From the NCBI RefSeq assembly GCF_004010195.1, contig NC_057711.1:80191457-80255456 (forward strand): DNA of 64,000 nucleotides, written 5' to 3'. Origin of the DNA: Chiloscyllium plagiosum. Taxonomy: Eukaryota. The notes beneath the pieces are model-generated. The model was not told the DNA's origin, did no database searches, and was given only the letters and a program-made list of their open reading frames with translations. A program made the position numbers and the translations under genes. Positions 24,881-36,918 of the stretch are shown one piece after another; the first letter of the stretch is position 1; each line of letters starts with the position of its first letter.

Positions 24881-27800
24881 TTTATCCCCCACCAGGATGG
24901 TCTCAGGGCTCTCCACTTCTCCCCGGGACAAAGGCCTGAACCATCCCCACCCACCACCACCCTCCTCTGCTTGGCTGGGCTCGTCCTCACACTGAACAAC
25001 TTCTCTTTTAACACCTCTCATCTTCTCCAAGTCAGAGGAATGGCCATGGGTACCTGCACAGGTCCCAGTTATGCCTGTCTCTTCTTTAGTAACATGGAAC
25101 TTTTCTTGTTCCAGTCCTATTCCAGACACCAACCACAACTCTTTCTCTATTATATCGATTTATATCATCAGTACCATCTCTCTCTCTTGTCTGAAACTGG
25201 AATAGTTAATCAATTTCACTCCCAATTTCCACACCGCTCTCACCTTCAGCTGGTCCACCTCTGACTTCTCCCTCCCCTTCCTCAACATCTGTTTCCATTT
25301 CTGAGATTAGGGTGGCCACCAATACCCAGTTCAAACCCACTGACTCCCACAGTTACTTTGACTATATGTCCTCACACTCTACTTCTTGTAAAATCTTTAT
25401 TCCATCCTCCCAGTTCCTCCATTTCCATCGCATACATGCCGATGATGCCAACTTCGAAATGTGAGCCTCCAAAATGTCCACCTTCTTCCCCAACCGAGGA
25501 TTCCCCAGCACTGTTGTTGATGGGGCTCTCAGCTGGGTCCGACCTATCTCCTGCATTTCAGCACTCATCTCCTCTCTCCCCTCCTCCAAAGGCGATAGGG
25601 TCCCCCCTTGTGCACAACTACCATCCCAACAACATGCATGTCCAGAGGATCATTAGCCACCATTTCCATCACCTCCAGTGAGATGTCACCACCAGAAACA
25701 TATTTCTCTCCCTTGTCAGCCTTCCGCAGGACCATTCTCTCCGGAACACCCTAGTTCACCCTTCCTTCACTCCCAACGTTCTCTACAGCCTCACAGCAAC
25801 TTCCCCTGCAACCACTGAAGGTGTAATACTTGTTCGTTTACTCCTTCCCTCCTTAGTATCTAAGGGCCCAAACATACCTTCTAGGTGAAGTAGCGTTTTA
25901 CCTCCCCTGTACGCAATCTAGTCTACTGCATTCGTTGCTCACAATATGATCTCCTCTACATTGGGGAAATGAACCATAGACTGCTTCGCAGAACACCTAT
26001 GTTCTATCTGTAAAAAAGACCTTGACCTTCCATTTGCTTGCCACTTCAACAAACCACCCTGTTCCCTTGCCAACATCTTTGTCTCAGGCTTGCAGCAGTG
26101 CTCCAGCTAAGCTCAGTACCCCATTGTCCATTTGGGCAATGCAGTCTTCTGCACACAATATTGAGTTCAATAACTTTAAAGCCATAGCTCTCCCATGTCC
26201 TTTTCCCAAACTCCATACAGAAAGCCTTGCTATCACAGTCTGCTATTACACACAACCCATTGTTAGCCACTAACAGTCCCTATTAATAGGTAGTCACCCG
26301 CCTAGCCAGATCACTATCCACTCCTTTGTCTGTCCAACTGTCCTTCTCTCTTTGGGCTCTATCCCCACCTATTGTTTACTCCTTACCCCCTCCCCCCAGC
26401 CAATCTTCTGCATACAAACTGCTATTTTTCTAGCTACCATCAGGAAGGGTTCCTTGACCCAAAATGTTAACTTTGTTTTCTCTCCACAGATGCTTCCAGA
26501 TCTGCTGAACTTTTTCAGCAGTTTCTGTTTTTGTTATCTCCTGCATTTTCTTGATTTCAATTCAGATTCCCAGCATATGTAGCCCTCGCTATTGTGTTAT
26601 TTCAGGAACAGTACTGCTTCATGACAATTCTATTAGTTCACATGTTTGATGTTAACTGCAAAATGCAAAAAAAATTTGACATGAAGTATTGCTTTGTGTT
26701 CACCTTGACTTTTTTGTATTATAAAATACTCTTATTGGTGTGCTGTTTTATTTTTGGTTATACCTAAGGCAGCTGCTATTGTTTCATGTGTTTGAAACTG
26801 TTTATGAAAACAATATGTGTGATGCTGTTAAAAATGTATTAAGAGAATTGCATAAGGATATATTGAGCCACACACAAACATCTTGGATCCAGAATATGAT
26901 CTGTGCTGACCTTAAACCAACAAAGCATGGAGTGACAGCAGTGAGCTATGATAGTCCGGGCATTAGCTGGAGAAAAAGAGCGAATGTGGACATTAGATGA
27001 GGGAAGAATTATGCATGCCTAAGGCTTTCCTCAAACTGTTGATCATTAAACACATGCCCGAAGTACTGTCATTAGCTGAAGGACTGAAGAGCAGTTAACA
27101 TGTGCCACTCTTTCCAGGAAGAAAGGAAGAAAGAAGGATTGAAAAACTAGACAGGGGATATATTAAGATTCATTACATCCTGCTTTACAAGATTTTGTGA
27201 AGTCAGAACATGTTACAGTTTGGAAAGTGCTGTTTATAATGTATAAATATTTAATGGGTCCGCGTGGCATTCCCGTATCTGCACTTTTACTGTTGGCACC
27301 TCCATTAAAACCCTGCACATGACAGCATTGAATATTCAGACCACCAACAGCAATGTTTTGCTTCTGTATGGAATAATGAATTGTAGCTGGTTTTAGATAT
27401 GGGTAGGATCATCTTATCTATAACACCTCCTTCAGTCAAATGGCATATGAAAACACCTGATTGATCCAGTTTTTTTTACAGTGGAATGGCAACTTTTCTG
27501 ACCAGCTTTGAGAACTGTTATAGTATATGAAAATCTTGTGTTCTGTATGCACAATCACTCTCTGGTCATCATGCACCAGATTCACATTTTTGTGCAGATG
27601 AAAAACTGTCTCCAGAAAAACAATAGGGAGCAAATCACTGATTTGCAGCTCTGAAATTTCCAAGCAATTATCACTGTCCAGATTGATCTCTGCAATTTTC
27701 AAAGGAATTACAATCGCTTGTTTTCTCTATTACTTAAATCAGTAATTTTAATTAAATTAACCAGATTAACAGTCAACCATGACAATAATGTTCAATCCAG

Positions 27801-28019
27801 AGACTAACTTAAGGATCTCACCATAGTAAACATTCACTTCCTTGTTTCAATTGAGATTCAGTGAAATAAAGGCATTGATGAAAGCAAAAAAAACTTTGTA
27901 AATTTAGTAATTTAATTTCGAATGCCATCTATAGTCTAAAGCTTACTACTTTGAAAGCAATAAGAGAATAAAGAGAGCTAATTATAGACAAATGAGAAGA
28001 AATTGCACTGTATTGCAAG

Positions 28020-30110
28020 ACAGATTTGCTTTCTGACACTTCAATGAACACAGTGAAGATGGTAAGCAAGTGTCTGAACCTGGATTGGCATGTGATTGAC
28101 ACTCTGTCAGAATTTCAGTTAGTTATAGAAAGAAGGGTTAAGTTCCTCAATAGTTCTAATTGAGACCAAGAAGACCTCTCAATATTTTTCAGCTACAGAT
28201 AAGCTACAAGTTCAAATCAATTTTAGGTTACACAGACGTGAGCTCATGTCAAATTGACAATAGCCAGGTGAAATGATCAACCAATTCATATGCAGGTATC
28301 AATGGAAATGTGTGGAATGTGACTTCATCAAAATAACTTAACTGAAAGAGTATGTAACTGCTCAGTGCCTCTAAACTCATTAAATCATTCAGCATGGCAC
28401 TTAAATCAAACCCAAAGAATGAAGCACTGACAAAAAAACATACAAGTTTGAAGCAATTATAGCAGACCAGCAGCATTTTCAGATGCTTGAATTCCAAGTA
28501 ACTATTGCAGCTATCAACAGATTCAGTAAAACATACAAATTTTATATGGAATGTTGCTTGTCTCACCCTCCAAAACAGTGTCCAATATTTTGTCACATTG
28601 CAAGCTAAGAGAGCATTGGGATAAAATCTGTCTGAAATCCAATTTCCCTTAAACTACAATGTAATGATTCATAGCAACATATGAAATAAAGGCAACAAAG
28701 AAACAATTTAATAATGATTCCAAAGTTCCATCCATGACATCAAAGCATGACAGTGAAGCCCAGAAAGTATCTGCAACATTACGATTTACAGACCCCATTC
28801 AAACAGTATATATGGTCAATTTGACAAGCCACATAGATGTTGTCAGGAAAGTTGGCACCTTTAACCTCATCCAAGTAGCATACCCCAAAAGGCATTGGAC
28901 GAAGTGCACTAAATATCAAGATTGGCATCGACAAGTATCTTCTCTTTCTAGATCTTCCAAGATTTGTGCTCAAGATATGGGTACAATGTGGTTAAATCTA
29001 TTCATAATTATCCAAATCTTTATATTGGGTCTGGCAACCATTGCATTGGCATTATCCCTCTTTACTGTCAATACAGCTCAACAGTATTGATACCTGAAAC
29101 CTATCATATCAATGAGACAGTAAGATTTTCTATTATTGGTCCACTAGCATTCATGGATCCACATATTAACACATGTCACAATGTAACAGACCTATCAACC
29201 TGCAAATCCAAAGATTCCACAATGCAACATCAAGTTCATCCACTTGGTCACAGCCAAGTAGAATAAATTCAGCAAACTATTTCAGACTATCACCAGCTGC
29301 CTGATACATCCCACTGGTCCCTAGCTTGCATGTTCATTCAGGTCATTCAGAGACAAATTTGGATTCTCTAAGAATGTAATCTTTAGAGGCAAAATAAGTG
29401 ATACTTCCTCAAGGTCTACATCAAGACATGCCAGACCATATGCCTATAGGCCACATCAATGCAGAAAAGATAACAGAAATTGATGCATGTGTTTATTGTT
29501 TGCCCTGACTTAAACAAGGATATCAATTAACAATTTCTAATCAAGTTGTGTGAAACATGTCTACACCATCAATGTCAACAATTGAGAGCACCTCTCTTTC
29601 CACTCAACATTTCTTCTGAGCTGTAGTGTAACAGTGGCACTGACATTTTCATATCAAAGGCATGATGACATATTGGTGGTTGACTACTTCACTAAATTCT
29701 CTTCTGTGCGCTATTCAGATAATAGAAAATGGACCGCACATAAACAAATCTTAGTGCATTAACCGCCCTATTCAGTTAGTTCAGTTTTCCTCAGTAAATT
29801 TGGTCAGACAATGGTCTGCAATATATTTGTGCCTTGCAAGACCTTTACAGGAAATTGGGTGTTCAACATATCACTCCTTCTTCTGTTAAATAATCTCATA
29901 GAATGCACTGTCTGGACAGTAAACTTCTCAATAGTCAAGTTAGAGTGACTTGTCAAGATTATCAAGTTATGTTAAATCTGAGTGTTATTCCTCAAGACAA
30001 AGGCTTACCTTCACTGGCAGCTCTCATATTTGGAAGACAGATGCACCCAGTTCTACCCTTCCATACTTGCATCACCAATGCATCACATATTGTTGGAAAG
30101 AAGGGAGAAA
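28020..30110 (+). pseudogene. Decayed Gypsy-like gag-pol remnant (integrase part best seen)
   Basis: LVVDYFTKF (about 29673), SDNGLQY (about 29804), QHIT, PSLAALIFGR (about 30008). The upstream gag/pol assignment is weaker and no LTRs were found. Confidence 0.6.
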
Positions 30111-30163
30111 ATGTTATAACAGCATGATCAATGAGCATGCAGATTGTATCTCAGATTGTATTG

Positions 30164-30259
30164 GGGATTCTTGATGAAGGGCTTATGCCCAAAAGTTCAA
30201 TTCTCCTGTTCCTCGGACACTGTCTGACCAGCTGTGTTTTCCAGCACCACACTCCCGAC
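30164..30259 (+). repeat. Penelope terminal-repeat fragment
   Basis: Homologous to 41225-41317; flanked by TGTATTG at 30157-30163 and 30260-30266 (possible TSD). Confidence 0.8.
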
Positions 30260-30849
30260 TGTATTGAAACAGGACAAAGAATAAGAGATTGAGATTTCTG
30301 TACAAAAATGGGTTTGTGAAAAGCTATTAATTTTCTTGTGTCCAGCTGAGGTGAAACAATACAGCAATGAGCAATAGTCAAGTCCTGTAAAGAAAAAGAC
30401 AATATATTCAAATTAATCATCAATCACTCATCACATATGATGATATCTCAGATACTGAAGATACCATTGCAGTATTGTCCATGCTTTGGACACTTCGGCC
30501 AGTTTATGTGTTAAAAACATTTTCCCCCAAGTGCTTATGTAAGTGAGGCGGACAGAATGGCACAGTTTGTGGTTCAACTCAATTTTATTAACAAAATATT
30601 CCTTATTATAAACACTTGGTAAGCATTTCCCAAATTCTCACAATATTTACTCGCTATCTAGCTATATCTGTCTAAGGAAAGCTGTTATTCACAACAATCC
30701 ACATATTTGAACTTGGTATTTAGAATCTCCTTCCTCTCTGATGTGGGGCTGCTCTCTTCCATGAAGGTTGATGTGGCAGGTAGGGGCGTATCTTATCATG
30801 GGGCTTCTAAAGTTGCCATACGGTCTTTTGCATGAATCTTGCTGTGAGT

Positions 30850-31250
30850 CTTCACTGAAGGGTAGTTTTCAGCTGTGCATTTTTATCCTCCTCATTCTGG
30901 ACCTTCCAGAATGCTCTGTGGCCTTTAAGCAATGGAGTCATGGAGTCAAAGCATCCAATGGGATCACACCAACACCCTTCACTGTTGCCATGCTGGGGAG
31001 GTGTTAAGTGTGCATCCTGAGGCACTGACTGGAAGTCAAGGTGCCGGAATGTCTGTTTGATACTTCTCCAATACACAACCCTCTGCCTAGTTACAACTGG
31101 TTCCACTTGAACCTTTGTAACCTCTTTGACCTTGATTTCCATTGTTCTCTGTGGCTGCTGGCTGCTGGTTGTCATTTCATTTAGTTTGACCAATTTTCTG
31201 TAAGGCTGTGGGTCAATTAGAATGTCCAGTTTTGGGCCCATCACTTGACC
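30850..31250 (-). pseudogene. Gypsy integrase C-terminal fragment
   Basis: ORF 30852-31244: KEVTKVQVEPVVTRQRVVYWRS resembles the Mag-type PRSY.V.T..G..YRRN region. Confidence 0.4.
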
Positions 31251-31697
31251 ACATCAGACAATAACCACACATCCATGACAGATGAGAGTTATCAATCTGC
31301 CATAATTCACAGAGTGAAGTTATACAGCCAAATCATGATACCTTAATAGGGGTTAGTTCTCATTGAATCATATGTCTGCTAAGACATTATCTTTATATGT
31401 AGAAAATTAAAAATCACACAACACCAAGTTATAGTCCAAACAGCTTTATTTGGAAGCACTAGCTTTTGGAGCACTGCTCCTTCATCAGGTGGTTGTGGAG
31501 TTTATGATTGTAAGACACAGAATTTATAGCAAAAGTTTACAGTGTGGTGCAACTGAAATGATATATTGAAAAAGACTTGCATTGATTGTTAAGTCTCTCA
31601 TCTTTTAGAATGGGCATGTTGGTTTCAGTTCTTTCATATGTAAATCCCAGAACTTTTTTAAAAGTAACATTCTCAAGTGAACTTTAACAATAGGTGC

Positions 31698-32010
31698 CCC
31701 CTTCCCCCACCTCATCCTAGTTTCTAACCTCCAGCTCAACACTGTCCCCTTGACTTGTCCGGACTTGTCCGACCTGCCTAGCTCCTTTTCCACCTATCCA
31801 CTCCACCCTCTCCTCCCTGACCTGTCACCTTCATCTCCTCCCCTACTGATCTATTGTACTCTATGCTACTCTATCCCCACCCCCACCCTCCTCTAGCTTA
31901 TCTCTCCTCGCTTCAGGCTCTCTGCCTTTATTCCTGATGAAGGGCTTTTGCCCGAAACGTCGATTTTGCCTGCCCTCGGATGCTGCCTGAATTGCTGTAC
32001 TCTTCCAGCA
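31698..32010 (+). mobile_element. Penelope family-1 3' end nested in the family-2 element
   Basis: Pyrimidine-rich 3' UTR then CCTGATGAAGGGCTTTTGCCCGAAACGTCG...CCAGCA; homologous to the reverse complement of 55520-55780. Confidence 0.85.
31934..31961 (+). ncRNA. Minimal hammerhead ribozyme core in a Penelope terminal repeat
   Basis: CUGAUGA-A-GGGC(UUUU)GCCC-GAAAC-GUC: both conserved boxes, stem II, palindromic ACGU and a GUC cleavage triplet. Confidence 0.75.
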
Positions 32011-32689
32011 CCATGCATTGAAGGTGTGAGGTTAAAGTTTGTCAGTGTCCCAATGTTTAGACTGATTCTATTTCTAAAAAAAGGAATTTACAGAAGCTCA
32101 CATGGATTCATGCAGTTTTTGAGCAAAATAAAATGTAATTCTGCAAGTACAAATTCACCCCATATTTGTGCGTGTGTGTGGTGGTGGTGGGGGGAGGTTG
32201 TGAGTGTCTATGAGAGAGTGTGCATATATGTATGTGTGTGAATGTAAAGGGGTGTAAGTCTGTGAGAGGGTGCGTGTGTGGATGTGAGTGTGGGGGGTAT
32301 GTATATTTGAGCATATGAGAGAGAGTTTGTGAATGAGAGAGGGTCTGTGAGAGTGTATGGTCTGTAGGAGTGTTTGTGTGTGTGTGCGTGTGGGCGTGGG
32401 CACGCATGTGTGTGTGTATGTAGTGCAGTGGGGTCACCTATAGTTTGACACGAACCCAAGGTCCCGGTTAAGGCCACCCCCATGCATACCGAAAATCACA
32501 GTGTAAACTTTTGCTATAAATTCAGTATCTTACAATCCTATACTTCACAAACACTTGATGAAGGAGCAGTGCTCCAAAAGCTAGTGCCTCCAAATAAAGC
32601 TGTTGGACTATAATCTGGTGTGTGATTTTTAATTGTGTCCACCCAGTCTAACATGGGCACTTCCAAATCTTAATGTGTAGAGGCAATGT

Positions 32690-33200
32690 ATCTTGAGGAA
32701 AAGCGTTTTCAAAGTCTGAGATACCTCACACCTAGCACCAAGCTCATGGTCTATCGAGCAACAATGGTCCCCTTGCTCCTGTATGCATCAGAATCATGGA
32801 CCATGCACTGCAGATGCCTCAAATCATTGAAGCATTATCATCAGCCCTGTCTTTGCAAAATCAAGCACATCTATTGGTAGGTTAGGTGTACCAATGTGAT
32901 TGTCTTCTCCCAGGCTAATATCCCCAGTATTAAGGCACTGGTCAGACATGACCATCTGCAATGCGCAGGCCAGATGGTCAACATATCTAACATAAGACTT
33001 CCAAAACAGATGTTCTACTTTGACTCTACAATAGTAAGTGATCTCTAGGAGGACAGAGAAAATGCTATAATGGCACTCTGAAAGCCTCCCTAAATTAATG
33101 CAAAACCACACTTGGCACATGGGAGTCACTTGCCCTTGAACACTTAAACTGAAGAAGAAGCATCCATGAAGGTGCCAAATACTTCAAGCATCACCTCTGG
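32690..33200 (+). mobile_element. RTE/BovB-like LINE 3' fragment
   Basis: ORF 32686-32880: TKLMVYRATMVPLLLYASESWT...LKHYHQPCLCKI..IYW; downstream RLPKQMFY. Confidence 0.85.
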
Positions 33201-33536
33201 CAGAGTCTGTGGCTCCAGGACTGGACAATTCAGCCAGTGTAGATCCCAACCCCACTATCCCCTGGAATGGATGCTCATCATCCCCAAATGTGAGGAACTG
33301 CCAAAGAAAGAAGAAAGATAGATCCTTTTACCTGTTATATAAAAAGGGTTCTCTTTCTTTCAAAGCAATAAAGGGGATGTCATGTTATGGTATAGACCCT
33401 AGAGTAGGGAGACAGTGTACCTTTAAAGGAGTTACATGTCATCACAATCTGTGACGTTTTGGTGTAAGGGTATCTGTCTTACCTTCAGTCAGGCTGTCAG
33501 TGCAATAGCGTCTGTGTAGTGTGTTTCATTGGTTAG

Positions 33537-33671
33537 GGAGAAAGTGAGGTCTGCAGATGCTGGAGATCAGAGCTGGAAATGTGTTGCTGGAAAAGCGCAG
33601 CAGGTCAGGCAGCATCCAGGGAACAGGAGAATCGACGTTTCGGGCATAAGCCCTTCTTCATTCCTGAAGAA
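33537..33671 (-). repeat. Penelope terminal repeat with short fold-back
   Basis: Near-identical to 41094-41220, followed by TTCCTGAAGAA. Confidence 0.88.
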
Positions 33672-33820
33672 TGAACTTGCTAATCAGTCTCCCATGGGGA
33701 ACCTTGTCAAACTCCTTACTGAAGTCCATATAAATCATGTCTACCGTTCTGCCCTCACCAATCCTCTTTGTTACTTCTTCAAAAAACTCAATCCAGTTTG
33801 TAAGATATGATTTCCCACAT
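33672..33820 (-). mobile_element. CR1 RT fragment
   Basis: Reverse complement reads FFEEVTKRIGEGRTVDMIYMDFSKEFDKVPHGRL. Confidence 0.85.
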
Positions 33821-33829
33821 GTACAGACA

Positions 33830-33985
33830 TTTTGGGTATTAGGTTAACATCTCAATCAACAGAATACATTTCTGATGAGTCAGCCCTCTGCCAGTAGTGC
33901 AATAAAGTGTCAGAGTGGATTGCATTCATACTTTAAATGCTGATTAAACTCACAGAAGAAAGAGTGCTGTCAAATGAGCTAAGCT
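33830..33985 (-). mobile_element. Decayed Deu-domain SINE fragment
   Basis: Loosely matches the reverse complement of 34715-34880. Confidence 0.5.
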
Positions 33986-34714
33986 AAAATCATAAATAGC
34001 ATGGGTAATGAAGAAGATAGTGTTACAACCATCGCAATGCATTGGGTATTTAAATTATGTGGTACAAATGTAAGTCCCAATTCCAACTAGCAACTAGAAT
34101 ACAGGAGACACGAATTGAGGAATTCTTAAACAGGTACACATTCTTAGGGGGAGTTTTAGGACAATTTCAGATTATATAAAAAGGACAGGGCAGGGAAGAC
34201 TATAACTTTACGGTTGCATTTAGACAATTGGCCCTATTCAAATTAGCTCCATATGGGAAATAATAAACTGTTTAAATTCTTGTTTTGGAATCTATCTCCT
34301 TCTGAAATTTTTTTCACCTGGTGTGAAAGAAACAATGGATGTCTCTCTCTGTCCCTCCCTCTCTCCATTTCCCCTCTCCCCCATCAACTCCACCCCCCAC
34401 ACCCCAACCCTCTCCCTTCCTCTGTTCACGTCACCAAGTATGGAAGAAATTGAGGACTATTGCTGTCATTATAATATGATCTGAAGGATTGGTTTTAGTT
34501 TCTATTAATTTATTTGCATGCATCCTATTCAGACAATCAGATTAAAATAAGAAAATAATTAGAATATTTTTATAGCACCTGTGGTCAGGTCCTCCCAGAG
34601 CATTGTGTAGCCAAGTTCCTGCCCTTTGGACTCTGACTGCTACTTTGAATTGAGATACATTTTTGCACCATACAGTTCAAGCTACCTCTCTGAAGTGTAG
34701 TCACAATGTAGTGT

Positions 34715-34985
34715 TGTGTCAGCCATGCTTCCATTATTAGCACTCTTGCTTCTGAGGCAGACAGTTTTGGATTCAAGTCTTGCTTTAGAGCTCTTTACAC
34801 AAAAATATAAGTTTACATTTCCATGCAATACTGAGGGAATACTGTACCTCTGCACGTCATCTTTTGCATTTGAAACCAAAGTAAAACTCTATCTCAAGTG
34901 GAGATAAAAGATCTACAACTAAATACTTTGATGAACAAGAGGAAAGTTAACCCTGTTGCCCTGACAAATATTTGTCCATTCATCA
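34715..34985 (+). mobile_element. Deu-domain SINE (SacSINE1/AmnSINE1-like)
   Basis: TAGCACTCTTGCTTCTGAGGCAGA..GGATTCAAGTC head, ATACTGAGGGAATACTG, and CTCAAGTGGAGATAAAAGATC...CCTGACAAATATT core; matches a recalled consensus. Confidence 0.7.
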
Positions 34986-36445
34986 GAGTGTGGGAAGGGA
35001 GTATGACATAAATGAAGAAGTCTATGGGCCCATGATTAAACTGACCTAGAAGCTACATGTTATAAGAATGGACAGTTCACATCGATGATTTAAGATGTTC
35101 AAGTACTAAGGAATAGGTTTCTATTTTTAGACATGCTTGTCATGGAATTAAATAATGACAGTCTTCTTTGTTCATCCATAAATGAGGGCATTGTTAAAAC
35201 TCTGGCATTTATTCAAACTTCTTTGTTGTAACGCACAGCTTCAAGCCTTCTATTAGGTCACTTCTAAAATTAATGCAATATTTACTTTCTAGCATCACAA
35301 ACAGACCCTAAAAATAACAGTGAAGGTCATAAATATGTCGAGATAATGTTGTCATACTTTGCAAAGTCTTTAATGCTGGAATTTATTTATTAATGTTGTA
35401 TGGGCTATTACGGACCATCTGTCTTGTGTTAGCAGTGAGCTGTTTCAGATTATGGTAATGTGTTTCTGATTTCAGTTGTGTTGAAAGCCAGAACAAGGCA
35501 TCTCATGTGCAGTCCTTTTGAGGCCTGCTGTTTTCAATTCCTCTCTGTAGAATGGGCTTTTATCTGATTTGTTATGGGATTCTTGTCTGTTGCCAAAACA
35601 GCTGCAAGCCTGGAATGGAATAAAACGAAGGGCCACATCAAACTTGTTAGCTCGTAAAAGCAACAGAATGTTCCAGAAACTTCACAGGGCATTTCACTAG
35701 GCTTTCATGTTTTGAGCCATTGAAGAAATATTTCAATGTCATTTGTTGTGAACGATTATAATTCTTTTGTTATTTTGCAAGTAGAATTAACACCAAAAGC
35801 TCTTTAAATAGCAAATTATTAAATGACTTCTGTAAACAAATAGGAAATATTTTGATATTGGTTTCAAACTTTGATCTACTTTTAATAACATTAATAATTG
35901 ATAGAGTGAGGATTTGTGAAGGTTATTACAAGAACCTTGATACTCGATTATACAATCAAAGTTGCATTTGTGTTTTTATTCTGTATATTCCAGAAAGAAC
36001 AAAGCAGATTCTTCACTTTTATCTTTCAGCTTCGTTTTGATCAAATATCATTTTAAACAGCAAAATAAAGTATCCTCAAAAACGTACTGACTGTGGACGT
36101 CCGCCTTTTGAAATTATTAAAGATGATCCTTCAGCTTTTGTGATCAGAGAAGGTAGGAATCCCCAAGCTACTGAGTTACAACGTTCATTAACAACTTATA
36201 CATCCACAATGCTATCCCTTATGTCTGATTCTAGCCTTATCTAGCTCATGTAATTCTGGGAACAACTCACTACTCAGTATATGTTTGCCAAATGACCCAT
36301 GTCCCCGGTGCCCATAGTAAATTTAAGACTGCTGTGCACCCTGACATATGCTGGTATTCTGAAACTGCCCTGTGGGCTGATAAAGTGTGAACTTGTTGGA
36401 GAAGCGAGAGATGGTGCTGTGATTCTCCGACAGGAATTTGGAGGT

Positions 36446-36918
36446 CATAAAGTCATAGAGTCATACGACATGGAAATAGACCCTTCAGTCCAATTCATCC
36501 ATTCTGACCAGATTTCTCAAAGTGAACTGGTTCTATTTTGCAAGTGTATCCCTAGACAGTGTGGAAAGCTAGGGAGGGGATTGCAAGGCCCCTGGCAATG
36601 ATATTTGTGTCATCAACAGCCACAGGCAAGGTGCCAGAAGAAAGAAAGTAGGCTAATTTTATTTAAGAAAGGCTGCAAGGAAAAGCAAGGAACTACAGAC
36701 TGGTGAGCCTAAAATCAATGGTGGGTAAGTTATTGGAGTGATTTTGAGAAACAGATTCACATCCAGTTGAAAAGGCAAAGACTGATTAGGGATAGTCAGC
36801 ATGGCTTTGAGTGTGGGAAATCGTATCTCACAAAGTTGATTAAGTTTTGTGAAGAACTTACAAGATGATAGATGAAGGCAGAGCAGAATGTATTATCTAC
36901 ATGGACTTTAGTAAGGTC
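36446..36918. mobile_element. CR1 3' tail (minus, 36446-36535) fused to a CR1 RT fragment (plus, 36536-36918)
   Basis: GTCATAGAGTCATAC tail; then plus-strand KLLE..L..LIRDSQHGF..YMDFSK. Confidence 0.8.

Larger units (their letters stand above)
22495..26585 (+). mobile_element. Penelope-like element with an inverted 5' arm (22495-23580 minus; 23590-26585 plus)
   Basis: Plus strand: IKPADKGGAVVVW, LLPKIHKQDCPDRP.VS, LTLNNFSF..GMAMGT..GPSYACLF, GIY-YIG region (VYCIRCSQ..LYIGE, about 25920). The left arm is the reverse complement of about 25450-26585. Confidence 0.9.
31409..32668 (-). mobile_element. Penelope-like element (second family), 3' portion with fold-back terminal repeat
   Basis: 31409-31545 is the reverse complement of 32497-32632; a (GT/GA)-rich tract lies at 32165-32420; homologous to 59463-60940. 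Confidence 0.88.

Noticed and set aside
28249..28596. 115-aa hydrophobic minus-strand ORF
   Set aside because: Antisense to an A-rich region that looks like a decayed Gypsy remnant; no recognisable domain.
32108..32483. His/Thr-rich ORFs (also 59855-60184)
   Set aside because: Translation of CA-rich microsatellite in Penelope 3' UTRs.
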